From NCBI GenBank assembly GCA_964615415.1, contig CAZTNI010000003.1:79235-143234 (forward strand): DNA of 64,000 bases, in the 5' to 3' direction. Both the position numbers and the translations under genes were made by a program. The stretch is from an uncultured Candidatus Saccharibacteria bacterium (GTDB lineage Bacteria > Patescibacteriota > Minisyncoccia > Phycocordibacterales > SBAW01). Below the pieces are notes generated by a model. The model was not told the origin of the DNA. It made no database searches and saw nothing but the letters and a program-made list of their open reading frames with translations. Every line of letters starts with the position of its first letter. Within the stretch, counting starts at the first letter, position 1. Positions 20,683 through 29,983 of this stretch are shown piece after piece.

Positions 20683-21642
20683 ATGACAGTTCCGCCCACT
20701 CTTTCAATAGACGAGCGTTTTGCAAAGTTGACTGATGAGCAGCGAAAGTTTGTTCATCGTCTTATCGATAAAACAGACCAAGATATTGCTCAGATGCTTT
20801 CTTTGAGTGAAGAGCATGTTGTGGAAGCGGTGCGTGGAGTCATGCACACACTTGGCATCGAGCAAGGGGAGTACACTGACGGACGAAAAGCCCTTGTTGA
20901 ACTTGCGAAAGAATTCTTCAATACCGAAGGGGCCGAAAGCTCCGAAGAATCTGAGCTTCCGCCGTCTGCGGAGGTCCAGGAAAGGGCGTTGCATCAGTTG
21001 ACTGAATCTCCTGACCTTGCAGCGCTTGCACAAGCTATTGCTCGGTTTACGCCGCGTGATAGAGAAGTTCTTGATGCGGTTGCTGAAGCAGGAGAGGACA
21101 AAAATGCTCAAAAAACTTTGTCGAGAAAATTGGGTATACAAGAAGCAAGCTTGAAGGCGCGTAAGAGCTACCTACTTGTGAACATGGGCCTTCCCGCGAC
21201 GAAGTATTCTTCGGAAGAACGTCTGCGGATTCTGCGTCAGGTGTTGCTGCTCGTTCCTAAAGAAAGAATGCTTCCAGAGCCAGTAAAAAAGCGGACACAA
21301 AATAAACATGATGCGCAGTTGTCTGTGTTGCCGCCCCTGAAAGTCTCGGAGAGTACTGGTAAGACAAACGGGGCAACTCATCCGTCGCCTTCGCTGATGA
21401 ACCCGCCTGATCTCATTGGAGCTCCGGCAGGACATGGACTTGTGATTCCGCTTCCTGCGAACACAGTGAACGTTGATGTGTTGTCGACCGAGTTCTCTGG
21501 CAGGAAAGCACCGTCGGAAATTAAAGGGGAAATCGGAAAACGGCGTGCGCAAGGCCTGGTGCCGAAATTCCTTGTGCTTATTCCGACGAGTGACCCGAAA
21601 ATAACCCAGGCTCACATCGTCTCTGTTGAGGAGAAGAAGTGA
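20683..21642 (+). CDS. Hypothetical protein with two LuxR-like HTH segments
   Basis: LTDEQRKF...IAQMLSLSEEHV and FTPRDREVL...LSRKLGIQEASL; GGAGG SD; TTGACA-16-TATTTT promoter. Confidence 0.6.
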   Translation: MTVPPTLSIDERFAKLTDEQRKFVHRLIDKTDQDIAQMLSLSEEHVVEAVRGVMHTLGIEQGEYTDGRKALVELAKEFFNTEGAESSEESELPPSAEVQERALHQLTESPDLAALAQAIARFTPRDREVLDAVAEAGEDKNAQKTLSRKLGIQEASLKARKSYLLVNMGLPATKYSSEERLRILRQVLLLVPKERMLPEPVKKRTQNKHDAQLSVLPPLKVSESTGKTNGATHPSPSLMNPPDLIGAPAGHGLVIPLPANTVNVDVLSTEFSGRKAPSEIKGEIGKRRAQGLVPKFLVLIPTSDPKITQAHIVSVEEKK

Positions 21643-21783
21643 TACGTTTCTTTACAGAGCCTCTCCGGCATTTTGGAGAGGCTTTTTCTTTTATTTTAAG
21701 CCTTTTTTCGTCTACTTATCCACTTTCTTTTTGACCTAGTTTTGCTATACTAAAGGAGTAATTTAACGGTTCTCGACACTACT

Positions 21784-23847
21784 GTGGCTGATAAAGAAAA
21801 GGAGAAAAAGCATGTATATAGCGCCGAGGACATTACGGTTCTAGAAGGGCTCGAAGCAGTCCGTCGCCGTCCGGGTATGTACATCGGTACCACTGGTCCC
21901 GATGGCCTTCACCATCTTGTCTGGGAAATCTTCGACAACTCACGCGACGAGGCGATGGGTGGTTTTGCAAACGACATCGAAGTCGCTATTTTCCCTGGAG
22001 AGCATGTTCGTGTTGCCGACAACGGTCGCGGTATTCCGGTAGACCTCCACAAACAAACAAAGGTGTCTGCACTCGAAACTATTATGACCGTGCTCCACGC
22101 CGGTGGTAAATTCGGCGGCGAGGGCTACAAAGTTTCCGGCGGTCTCCACGGCGTGGGTGCGTCAGTAGTAAACGCACTTTCAACCTACATGCGTGTCGAG
22201 GTACACCGCGACGGCGGCATCCACATGCAGGAGTACGCAAAGGGTAAGAAGAAAGCCGCAGTAAAAAAGATCGGCTCTTCAAAGCTCCACGGCACGGTAA
22301 CTATCTTTACGCCCGACCCAGAGATCTTTACCGGCAGCGTAAAGTACGACTTCGACAAAATCGTCTCGCATCTCCGCGAGCAGGCATACCTCGTGAAAGG
22401 GCTTCGTATTACTATTATTGATGCACGCGAGAGCGGCATGAAGTTGCCTGAAGCAGGCGAGGACCTCTACGTCCGGAACATGCTCTCGGATTGTCCGTCG
22501 CAGACCTTCTACTTTGAAGGCGGTTTGCGCTCGCTCATTTCCTTCTACAACCGCTACCAAAAGCCGGTCCACAAAAACATTTTCTATATCGATAAAGAGG
22601 CAAACGACATTGCAGTTGAAGTGGCGCTCCAATATGTGGACGACATCACGCCGCGCCTCCTTGCGTTCGCAAACAATATTTACAACTCCGAGGGCGGCAC
22701 ACACGTAACCGGCTTCCGCACCGCGCTTACACGCTCGCTTAACGCATACGCTCGCAAGAGCAACGCGCTCAAAGAAAGCGAAGAAAACTTTACTGGTGAT
22801 GACGTGCTCGAAGGTTTGACCGCTGTTGTGTCTATTAAGATGCGCGAAATTCAGTTCGAAGGTCAGACCAAAGCAAAGCTCGGAAGTGTCGAGGCTCGTG
22901 GCGCAGTAGAAGCAGTCTTTAGCGAAGCATTTGCAACCTTCCTTGAGGAAAATCCTGACGATGCGCGCGCTATGGTCGGCAAGGCAGTCTTGGCACTTAA
23001 AGCACGCAAGGCAGCAAAAGCCGCAAAAGACTCTGTGCTCCGTAAAGGTGCGCTTGAAGGCTTTGGTCTTCCGGGTAAGCTCGCAGACTGCCAAAGTAAG
23101 GAAGCGCCAGAGTCTGAGGTGTTTATTGTGGAAGGAGACTCGGCAGGCGGCTCTGCAAAGATGGGTCGCGACCGCCGCACCCAGGCCATCCTTCCGTTGC
23201 GCGGAAAAATTCTTAACGTTGAGCGCGCTCGCCTCGACAAAATGCTCGCATCGCAGGAAATTAAGCATGTTATCTTGGCGCTCGGTACTGCTATCGGCGA
23301 CGTATTCGACATCTCGAAACTTCGCTACCACAAAATCATCATCGCAACTGATGCCGATGTTGACGGCGCACACATCCGCACACTCCTCCTAACACTGTTC
23401 TTCCGTCACTTCCGCCCGGTAGTAGAAGGTGGCTACCTCTACATCGCACAGCCGCCGCTCTATAAAATTAAAAAGGGTAAAGAAATTACCTACGCATATT
23501 CAGACGAGGAAAAAATAAAAATCGTTGGTAAAGACGCTCCTGAGATTGAAGAAGAAGGTGAGCCGGGCGAACCTGCTGAAGAGGCTCCTGCAGAAGAAGC
23601 AGAGGAAGAGCAGTCGGCAAAGAAGTCTTCTAAAGTACACATCCAGCGTTACAAGGGTCTTGGAGAAATGAACCCAGAAGAGCTCTGGGAAACTACAATG
23701 AACCCCGCTAACCGTGTGTTGAAGCAAGTAGACATTGCAGACGCACAAGAGGCAGACAAAGTCTTCGATATTTTGATGGGTGAGGACGTACTCTCGCGTA
23801 AGTCATTCATTCAGTCAAACGCAAAACAAGCAAACCTCGATATTTAA
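21784..23847 (+). CDS. gyrB: DNA gyrase subunit B
   Basis: RRRPGMYIG, GGLHGVG, VEGDSAGG, DADVDG, QRYKGLGEM. Confidence 0.96.
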   Translation: MADKEKEKKHVYSAEDITVLEGLEAVRRRPGMYIGTTGPDGLHHLVWEIFDNSRDEAMGGFANDIEVAIFPGEHVRVADNGRGIPVDLHKQTKVSALETIMTVLHAGGKFGGEGYKVSGGLHGVGASVVNALSTYMRVEVHRDGGIHMQEYAKGKKKAAVKKIGSSKLHGTVTIFTPDPEIFTGSVKYDFDKIVSHLREQAYLVKGLRITIIDARESGMKLPEAGEDLYVRNMLSDCPSQTFYFEGGLRSLISFYNRYQKPVHKNIFYIDKEANDIAVEVALQYVDDITPRLLAFANNIYNSEGGTHVTGFRTALTRSLNAYARKSNALKESEENFTGDDVLEGLTAVVSIKMREIQFEGQTKAKLGSVEARGAVEAVFSEAFATFLEENPDDARAMVGKAVLALKARKAAKAAKDSVLRKGALEGFGLPGKLADCQSKEAPESEVFIVEGDSAGGSAKMGRDRRTQAILPLRGKILNVERARLDKMLASQEIKHVILALGTAIGDVFDISKLRYHKIIIATDADVDGAHIRTLLLTLFFRHFRPVVEGGYLYIAQPPLYKIKKGKEITYAYSDEEKIKIVGKDAPEIEEEGEPGEPAEEAPAEEAEEEQSAKKSSKVHIQRYKGLGEMNPEELWETTMNPANRVLKQVDIADAQEADKVFDILMGEDVLSRKSFIQSNAKQANLDI

Positions 23848-23854
23848 TAAAAAG

Positions 23855-23884
23855 AAATCCCGCGCGGCTGCCGCGCGGGATTTT
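23855..23884. terminator. Bidirectional terminator
   Basis: AAATCCCGCGCGG-CTG-CCGCGCGGGATTT. Confidence 0.8.
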
Positions 23885-24126
23885 CATGTGAGCGGTATGT
23901 TCATCAGAACTCGCGAAATTCCTTTTACGTGGTCGATCACTTTGGTCGAAGCTTCCGCTATTTGTTCTATCGAAAGCTCAACAGGGAAAGAAACATATAT
24001 GCTAGTTTCGTAGACCCGAGCATCGCCTTGCACGCCTACTGAATTGGGGCCCAATCCTGTCGCTTGTGCGCCGTAAGGGTCGAGAATCGTCTGCACTTTT
24101 TGCAGCAGTGCCTCGTCTGAACTCAC
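23884..24126 (-). CDS. Stand-alone GMP-synthase C-terminal-like small protein
   Basis: SVGVQGDARVY ... VKGISRVL resembles the GuaA dimerisation domain; GAGGAGG SD. Confidence 0.6.
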   Translation of the reverse strand: MSSDEALLQKVQTILDPYGAQATGLGPNSVGVQGDARVYETSIYVSFPVELSIEQIAEASTKVIDHVKGISRVLMNIPLT

Positions 24127-24228
24127 GCTATCCTCCTCTAAAGATCTAAGAGTTTTAGTATAGCTAAAGAATTTGTATAAACAAAACCCCCGCCAATTGG
24201 CGGGGTTTTTGTTTTTCCTACAAGAGAA

Positions 24229-25428
24229 TTAGTAGGTGAGGTAGGTTGTTGCGCGGTTGTTGTTTTCGTTCAACTCCGGTACCCAGTTGTTTGGGTCTGC
24301 AGTAACGGTAACCACACGGTTCGTATTGTATGGGTACTGATACTGGTTTTGATTGTAGTTAGTACCCACATCAATCCAGTTACCGTTCACGTCAGTGTAA
24401 CCGCACGAGTAGATATTGGTGTATCCGTTGTAACGGTAGCCACAGGTAATATTCTGATTGTTGTAGTAGTTATAGTTCGGATTCTGGTACTGGCAGTTGT
24501 TCGGGTACTGCATGGTGCATACCTGACCATCTACGTACGCATCAAAGCCAAGAGTGTAGACAATTTTGTCGCCTGGATAGAGCGCCTGCTGTGCTTGAGA
24601 TGCAAAAGTGTAGGTATTTGGCGTCCACGGAATAAGTGCATTGAAGTTCCAACCACTCTGTACAACGTTGGTGCCAACGTTCGTGATGGTGAACTGCATC
24701 GTGTAGCGACGAGTATTCTGCTGCTGACCATACTGATTGTAGGTCGGCTGTACAGACGTAATAGTTACTGCCAAGTCGCCGTAGCCGTAGAGCTGCGTTG
24801 CTTGTACTGCTGCAGGAACGTAGGTTGCTGAGCTATTGTTGTTATTTGTATTTGAATTCGAAGGAGTGCCGCTTACTACCATGCGCTTTACATCTACTTC
24901 TGCGGTTGCTGCGTCTACTGAGTTGCCGTCCGTGTCGTATGCAGTAACGGTGATGTACGCAGTGCGTGATGCGGCTGAAGAGTCGATTGTTCCAATAAGG
25001 CGCATTTTTGCAGTTGCGCTCACCTCGTTAAATTCGGTGTCGCACGGCATCACTTCGTAGTTACCATTTGCGCGTGGCGCCTTAATGGTGACGCCCGTGT
25101 TACAGCGGTAGGCGAGTGTATAGGTGTAACCAGCGGCGTTATCCTGATCCCACTTCACTTGGAAGTTACTTGCGTTAATAACTGACTCTGGAGCAGAAAC
25201 GGTCAAGCTTGAAGGAGTATTGTTAGTGCCATCAGTGTTGCCACCGAATGCGCCGCCAATAGAGCTGCCGATATTGCCAAATACGGACGGAAGGTTAAAA
25301 GCAAGTAAAATAATGCCCCATGCGCCCAAAACGAGTACTGCTAAAAGGCCCACGATAGCGATCGTACGCAAAAATACCTCACGAGCACCGCTGCCGCCCT
25401 CTGTGTGATGTGTGTTGTGATCTGCCAT
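24229..25428 (-). CDS. Membrane-anchored surface protein with CARDB-like Ig domain
   Basis: TM; DLAVT...ITNVG...VTADPNNWVPELNENNN. Confidence 0.75.
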   Translation of the reverse strand: MADHNTHHTEGGSGAREVFLRTIAIVGLLAVLVLGAWGIILLAFNLPSVFGNIGSSIGGAFGGNTDGTNNTPSSLTVSAPESVINASNFQVKWDQDNAAGYTYTLAYRCNTGVTIKAPRANGNYEVMPCDTEFNEVSATAKMRLIGTIDSSAASRTAYITVTAYDTDGNSVDAATAEVDVKRMVVSGTPSNSNTNNNNSSATYVPAAVQATQLYGYGDLAVTITSVQPTYNQYGQQQNTRRYTMQFTITNVGTNVVQSGWNFNALIPWTPNTYTFASQAQQALYPGDKIVYTLGFDAYVDGQVCTMQYPNNCQYQNPNYNYYNNQNITCGYRYNGYTNIYSCGYTDVNGNWIDVGTNYNQNQYQYPYNTNRVVTVTADPNNWVPELNENNNRATTYLTY

Positions 25429-25564
25429 ATGTGCATGGGAGCCTATCATAGTTGAGCCTAGCTGTCAAGCTCAAACTTGACAAAACTGGGGGTTTGGTGT
25501 AATATATATATAGCCCTTGAAAACAGGCCCTTTGGGGCTACTGTGGCCAAGAGCATAAACGAGT

Positions 25565-26209
25565 ATGCACCAGAAGAATCGTGGCGTTATTGGGAATATT
25601 GCGCAGCAGCCAGGCAGTTATGCCGTGGCGTTTCTCGTAATTTTCTTTGTAACGTACGGCTTTTTGTCGATCGTAGGCGCTACGCCGGACCCGGTAGTAA
25701 CCGAGGAGGCGCAGGGTGCTACGGTTACAGAAACTCCTGTTGCGACTGCGAAGTCGGTGAAGGAGCTTCCGGTCCGCATTGTCGTTGCGAAGATAGGTGT
25801 TGATGCGAGTGTTGCTAATCCGCAGTCAACTAATCTTGCCGTGCTCGACCAGTCTCTCAAGGACGGTGCCGCACGCTACCCAACATCTGCGCTTTTGGGC
25901 GAGGAGGGTACCATGGTTGTCTTCGGTCACTCGAGCTACCTTCCGGTTGTTCTTAATCAGACCTATAAAACCTTTACCGGTGTCCAGACCTTGAAGAAAG
26001 GCGAGGTAATTAGCGTCTACTCTGCAACGCGCGAATATCGTTACGCGGTCAAAAGCGTACGTGTTGCGAATGCCGAGGAAGATGTGGTAGAACTCGCACA
26101 GCGTGGCAAGGAACTCGTAATCGTTACTTGCGACTCTTTCTCCAAGAAAACAAGCCGCTTTGTCGTTACTGCGGAATTTGTAGGAACATACTCGCTCGCC
26201 TCTAACTAA
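25565..26209 (+). CDS. Sortase
   Basis: N-terminal TM; FGHSS, IVTC, downstream Arg (His-Cys-Arg triad). Confidence 0.88.
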   Translation: MHQKNRGVIGNIAQQPGSYAVAFLVIFFVTYGFLSIVGATPDPVVTEEAQGATVTETPVATAKSVKELPVRIVVAKIGVDASVANPQSTNLAVLDQSLKDGAARYPTSALLGEEGTMVVFGHSSYLPVVLNQTYKTFTGVQTLKKGEVISVYSATREYRYAVKSVRVANAEEDVVELAQRGKELVIVTCDSFSKKTSRFVVTAEFVGTYSLASN

Positions 26210-26340
26210 AGAGGCGCGTGGATATGTCTCTATAAAAGAGACACACTAGTGCCCGAAACGGGAAGACTACAGAGTACTCTGAAATTCAGTAGATCAACTA
26301 AACCAGTCCTCGAAAGAGGACATAACCAAAGGAGGCCACT

Positions 26341-26802
26341 ATGGCCAATGCTGATGAAACCAATACTCCTCCGGCTGAAAACCCGGAGGTGTCGCCAGCG
26401 CTGCTGAAACTCCTCGTCGATCTCCTGTCTGACAACAATCGGCAGGTGATCGGTCCCGAGATCAACAAGCGTCTCAAGCCGCTTCGCGACGCCTTTACGA
26501 AGGCCCGCGAAGACGCTCAGAGCGCTTCGACCGTCTCGGCTGAGGCGAAGGAGGCTGCTGCTCGCGCAGTCGCACAACTCGATGCTATCGAGCGTGCGCT
26601 CAACGAGCGTCTTGCCGAATTCACTCAGCGTTCGGACGAACAGGCGGTGGAAATCGCCCGTGGCGTCGACGCCCTGAAGGCTGAACTCGACGGACTCCGC
26701 CGCACGGTGGAGGTCGGCAACGTCAACCGCCCTCAGATCCTCGGCCAGCTCCAGAAGGCGCTGGTCGAGGGGATGAAGGACGAAACCCCACCCACGGAGT
26801 AA
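26341..26802 (+). CDS. Coiled-coil hypothetical protein (GC-rich insert)
   Basis: AAGGAGG SD; helical heptad pattern. Confidence 0.7.
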   Translation: MANADETNTPPAENPEVSPALLKLLVDLLSDNNRQVIGPEINKRLKPLRDAFTKAREDAQSASTVSAEAKEAAARAVAQLDAIERALNERLAEFTQRSDEQAVEIARGVDALKAELDGLRRTVEVGNVNRPQILGQLQKALVEGMKDETPPTE

Positions 26803-26810
26803 CTACTCGC

Positions 26811-28220
26811 ATGTCAGACCCTCATCACGATCCGGCTCACCCGGATCCACATGCTGCGGATCCGCATGCGGCTCAGCAGCATCAGACACAGCGGCCGCAG
26901 GCGCGTGTGCGCCAACAGGCGCAGACGCAACAGCGTGCTCGCGGCTGGTCGCCGTTTTCGGTGGTTGTAACCGTCGCATCTGTTCTTCTTGTTGGATTGC
27001 TGGTTGTACTCGCGTACAGCTACTTCCAGGGGAGGATGGTACCGGCTTCTACAACCCCGCCGCCTGCGCAGCAGACGGTCGCGGATACAACGCCGCCACC
27101 GTCTGCATCGACCGCCGATCTGGGCAACCAGATCGCCGACATCCGCGCGAACCTCGACCGCATGGTCGCGACTCGCGAAACCGATACGGCGGCAAACGGG
27201 CAGCAGTTCGTCCAGGTCAACGGGCGCATCGACAATGTCGAAGGCGCTGTCCGTGATCTGACCGACGTTACCCAGGATGCAGTCGGCCAGCTGGGGACTC
27301 TGAACACGCAGGTCGGTGACCTTGCACGACAAGTGCAGGACATCGGCACGCAGGTTCAGACGATCGCGACTACTCCGCCCCCTCCGGTCAACGGAGGAGT
27401 GGATGTGGCGGTCGATCCTCCTATGGTGGGCCTGCCCGATACAATCGGCGCAGGAGCCTGTGTTGCGATCGCGATCGGCGGCGGAGACGCTCATGCCGAC
27501 TGCGGTGCAGGTGCGGCTTCACCGCCCATTTGCTGCGACACAGCGCCGCTTCCGCCGCCAAATCCGGCGCGTCTCGAGTTCGACCTCGGGACAGTTCCGG
27601 GAGCTGTGTGCCACGGAGAGGGTTGTGGAAACGAAATCGAATGCCGCCGTTCCGAACAGGATGGCTGCATCGAGTTCGATCTTCAGAACCTTCGGTGGGA
27701 TTCGAACAATCCGCTTCTTGCAGGTCTTGACCGGCCGGCAACTACGGATGCAGAAACCCGCCGTCGTGTCACGACGCTTGGCGAACAGCTCTTCGGCGCA
27801 TTCATGGAGGGAGACCTTCAGGCTGCTCCGGAGCAGGTGTTCTATGTGTACATGTGGAACGTGGGGGATACTCCTGCGGAAAACATGGGCATGTACGAAC
27901 TCCTGACGCGGCAAAGCACGACCAGTGCATGGATGGAAGTCGAGGAAGTTCCTCCGACGACCGGCCCTGCCGAAACTGCCGAGTATGATCTTGGACCGCC
28001 ACAGCGCGCGTTCCGAGTGACTGCTCGAGGAGGAGTGGTTGCCTTCCAGGTTCCTTGGAGCATGATCGGGGACACTACCTACGTCCTCATCTGTCCCGAG
28101 GCCGAGACGATCTACCCTAATCGCACTACGGATTCCGAAGGTATCTGGTTCACGCCGGAATATCTCCGGGATATGCGGAATGCTGATTGGGACTATGTTC
28201 TCGTTCCGTTCCTGACGTAA
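26811..28220 (+). CDS. Membrane-anchored coiled-coil, Cys-rich hypothetical protein (GC-rich insert)
   Basis: One TM, heptads, Pro linkers, Cys cluster. Confidence 0.7.
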   Translation: MSDPHHDPAHPDPHAADPHAAQQHQTQRPQARVRQQAQTQQRARGWSPFSVVVTVASVLLVGLLVVLAYSYFQGRMVPASTTPPPAQQTVADTTPPPSASTADLGNQIADIRANLDRMVATRETDTAANGQQFVQVNGRIDNVEGAVRDLTDVTQDAVGQLGTLNTQVGDLARQVQDIGTQVQTIATTPPPPVNGGVDVAVDPPMVGLPDTIGAGACVAIAIGGGDAHADCGAGAASPPICCDTAPLPPPNPARLEFDLGTVPGAVCHGEGCGNEIECRRSEQDGCIEFDLQNLRWDSNNPLLAGLDRPATTDAETRRRVTTLGEQLFGAFMEGDLQAAPEQVFYVYMWNVGDTPAENMGMYELLTRQSTTSAWMEVEEVPPTTGPAETAEYDLGPPQRAFRVTARGGVVAFQVPWSMIGDTTYVLICPEAETIYPNRTTDSEGIWFTPEYLRDMRNADWDYVLVPFLT

Positions 28221-28341
28221 TCAAGAATGGGGTGCGCGGCTCGACAATGGTCGGGCTGCGCACACCAATTTTTCGATTCTTTCGATACTCTCGCGTACAA
28301 GTAGGTGAGAGTATTTAGAAGAATTGTATTAATTAATAAGT

Positions 28342-29880
28342 ATGAAAAATCTTATCAAGAAAATTCAGAAAGGTTTGATCATGTACGTTTTTGGCGTTGC
28401 TGCAGTTGCGGCAGCTTTCCTCGTACTTCCTGCATTCGTGCAGAATGACTCTGCTGCAGATGCAGTAGGACTCCACGCACTTGTTGCGCAAGCGATCGGT
28501 GGTACATCTGGTGGTACAGGTGGTAGTGGTGGTCAGGCTGGTCCTGGTTGTTGCAAAACAACTCCGGCTCCAACTCCTACACCTAAGCCAACTCCGAAAC
28601 CAACTCCGGAGCCGACAAAGCCGACATACAATCCTCCGAAGTACACGCCTCCTACGTATGAGCCACCAACGTACGAACCTCCGACGTATGAGCCGCCAAC
28701 GTACACTCCTCCTACCTATAACCCTCCGGTTATCCCAACTTGTACGCTTTCAGCAAATAAACGCTCTATCACTAAGGGCGAGCAAGTAACGCTTACGTGG
28801 TCTTCGTCTAAGGCTAAGACTGCCGAACTCTCAACCATTGGTTCAGTGTCGACGAACGGTAATCGCACCGTCTCTCCTGAAAATTACATCACCTACACTC
28901 TTACTGTAACGAGTAAGGATGGTCATAAAGCATATTGTTACGAAACAATTGTTGTAAATACTCCTGCTCCTACTTGTACGCTTAACGTAGACCGCACCAC
29001 TATCAACCGTGGCGAGAATGCAACCTTCTCATGGTCTACTAATAACGCAGAATCAGTTTCTCTTACCTCATTCGGATCTGTAGAGAAAAACGGTTCTCGC
29101 TCAGTTAATCCGCAAAACACGACAACCTATACGCTTACAGTGCATGGCAAGAATGGTCAGACCGTAGATTGTACGAAGACCATTACCGTTAACGTACCTC
29201 CTCCGGTATATAACGCACCGTCATGTACGATCTATATCAACAACTACAATAACCAGTACCACACACCTAATCAGGCGGTGACTATCACTTGGAATGCGCA
29301 CAATGCATACAGTGGTTGGATCAACAATGGTATCGGTTCAGTAAACCTCTCGGGTTCTAAGACCGTCTATCCGTCTCAGACAACGACGTACACTGCAACC
29401 TTTACTGGTCACAATGGTCAGACTATCAACTGTTCAGTAACGATCTATATCAACACTTACGTACCTCCGACGACTCCGTATATCACCTTGTCGTCTGTGC
29501 CGTACACTGGTCTTGACCTCGGTCCAGTTGGAACTGCGTTCTATTGGGGCTTCCTTATCGTATGGTGTCTCTTTGCAGCGTATCTTATCGTTGTAAAGCG
29601 TGTACAAAATAGCATCTATGCTTCTACAAAGCGTCTGCTTTTCGGAAGTGATGCGCACGTAGCATCATATGCGTCTCACACAGCGCCAGCAGCACAGGGA
29701 TTCCTCTCTACTTCAGACCTCGAAGTTATTGCGAACACACTTCGCTCTATGATCGAGGGCCCTGCTAAGAAGGACCACGGTGTTGCACACAGTACTCATG
29801 CTGTTGCGCACGCGGCTCCTCAGGCTGATGTGATCGATGAGTTTGTCCTCTCACAGATCAATCGTTCTCGCCACAACTAA
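28342..29880 (+). CDS. Surface protein: Pro-rich repeats, three Ig-like repeats, VPYTG-TM sorting-like signal
   Basis: PTPK and PPTY(E/T/N) repeats; three P(T/S)CT..W...TY repeats; VPYTG at 29497-29511, then TM and KR. Confidence 0.82.
   Translation: MKNLIKKIQKGLIMYVFGVAAVAAAFLVLPAFVQNDSAADAVGLHALVAQAIGGTSGGTGGSGGQAGPGCCKTTPAPTPTPKPTPKPTPEPTKPTYNPPKYTPPTYEPPTYEPPTYEPPTYTPPTYNPPVIPTCTLSANKRSITKGEQVTLTWSSSKAKTAELSTIGSVSTNGNRTVSPENYITYTLTVTSKDGHKAYCYETIVVNTPAPTCTLNVDRTTINRGENATFSWSTNNAESVSLTSFGSVEKNGSRSVNPQNTTTYTLTVHGKNGQTVDCTKTITVNVPPPVYNAPSCTIYINNYNNQYHTPNQAVTITWNAHNAYSGWINNGIGSVNLSGSKTVYPSQTTTYTATFTGHNGQTINCSVTIYINTYVPPTTPYITLSSVPYTGLDLGPVGTAFYWGFLIVWCLFAAYLIVVKRVQNSIYASTKRLLFGSDAHVASYASHTAPAAQGFLSTSDLEVIANTLRSMIEGPAKKDHGVAHSTHAVAHAAPQADVIDEFVLSQINRSRHN
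28561..28728 (+). repeat. Coding tandem repeats (PT/PK and 15-nt PPTYx units)
   Basis: Degenerate 15-nt units, e.g. CCTCCTACGTATGAG, CCACCAACGTACGAA. Confidence 0.85.
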
Positions 29881-29983
29881 TAAGAAGCGGGTGCGATAAG
29901 ACTCCAAAACAACAAAAAACTCCCCGAACAGGGGAGTTTTTTGTTTGCTTTGTATTTGTTTAAGAAACGCTCGACGACACTAC

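Noticed and set aside
21717-21725. oriC near gyrB
   Set aside because: A single imperfect DnaA box (TTATCCACT); no box cluster and no dnaA.
26225-26340. c-di-GMP riboswitch or ribozyme
   Set aside because: A GAAA-capped hairpin is present, but the conserved core motifs are not.
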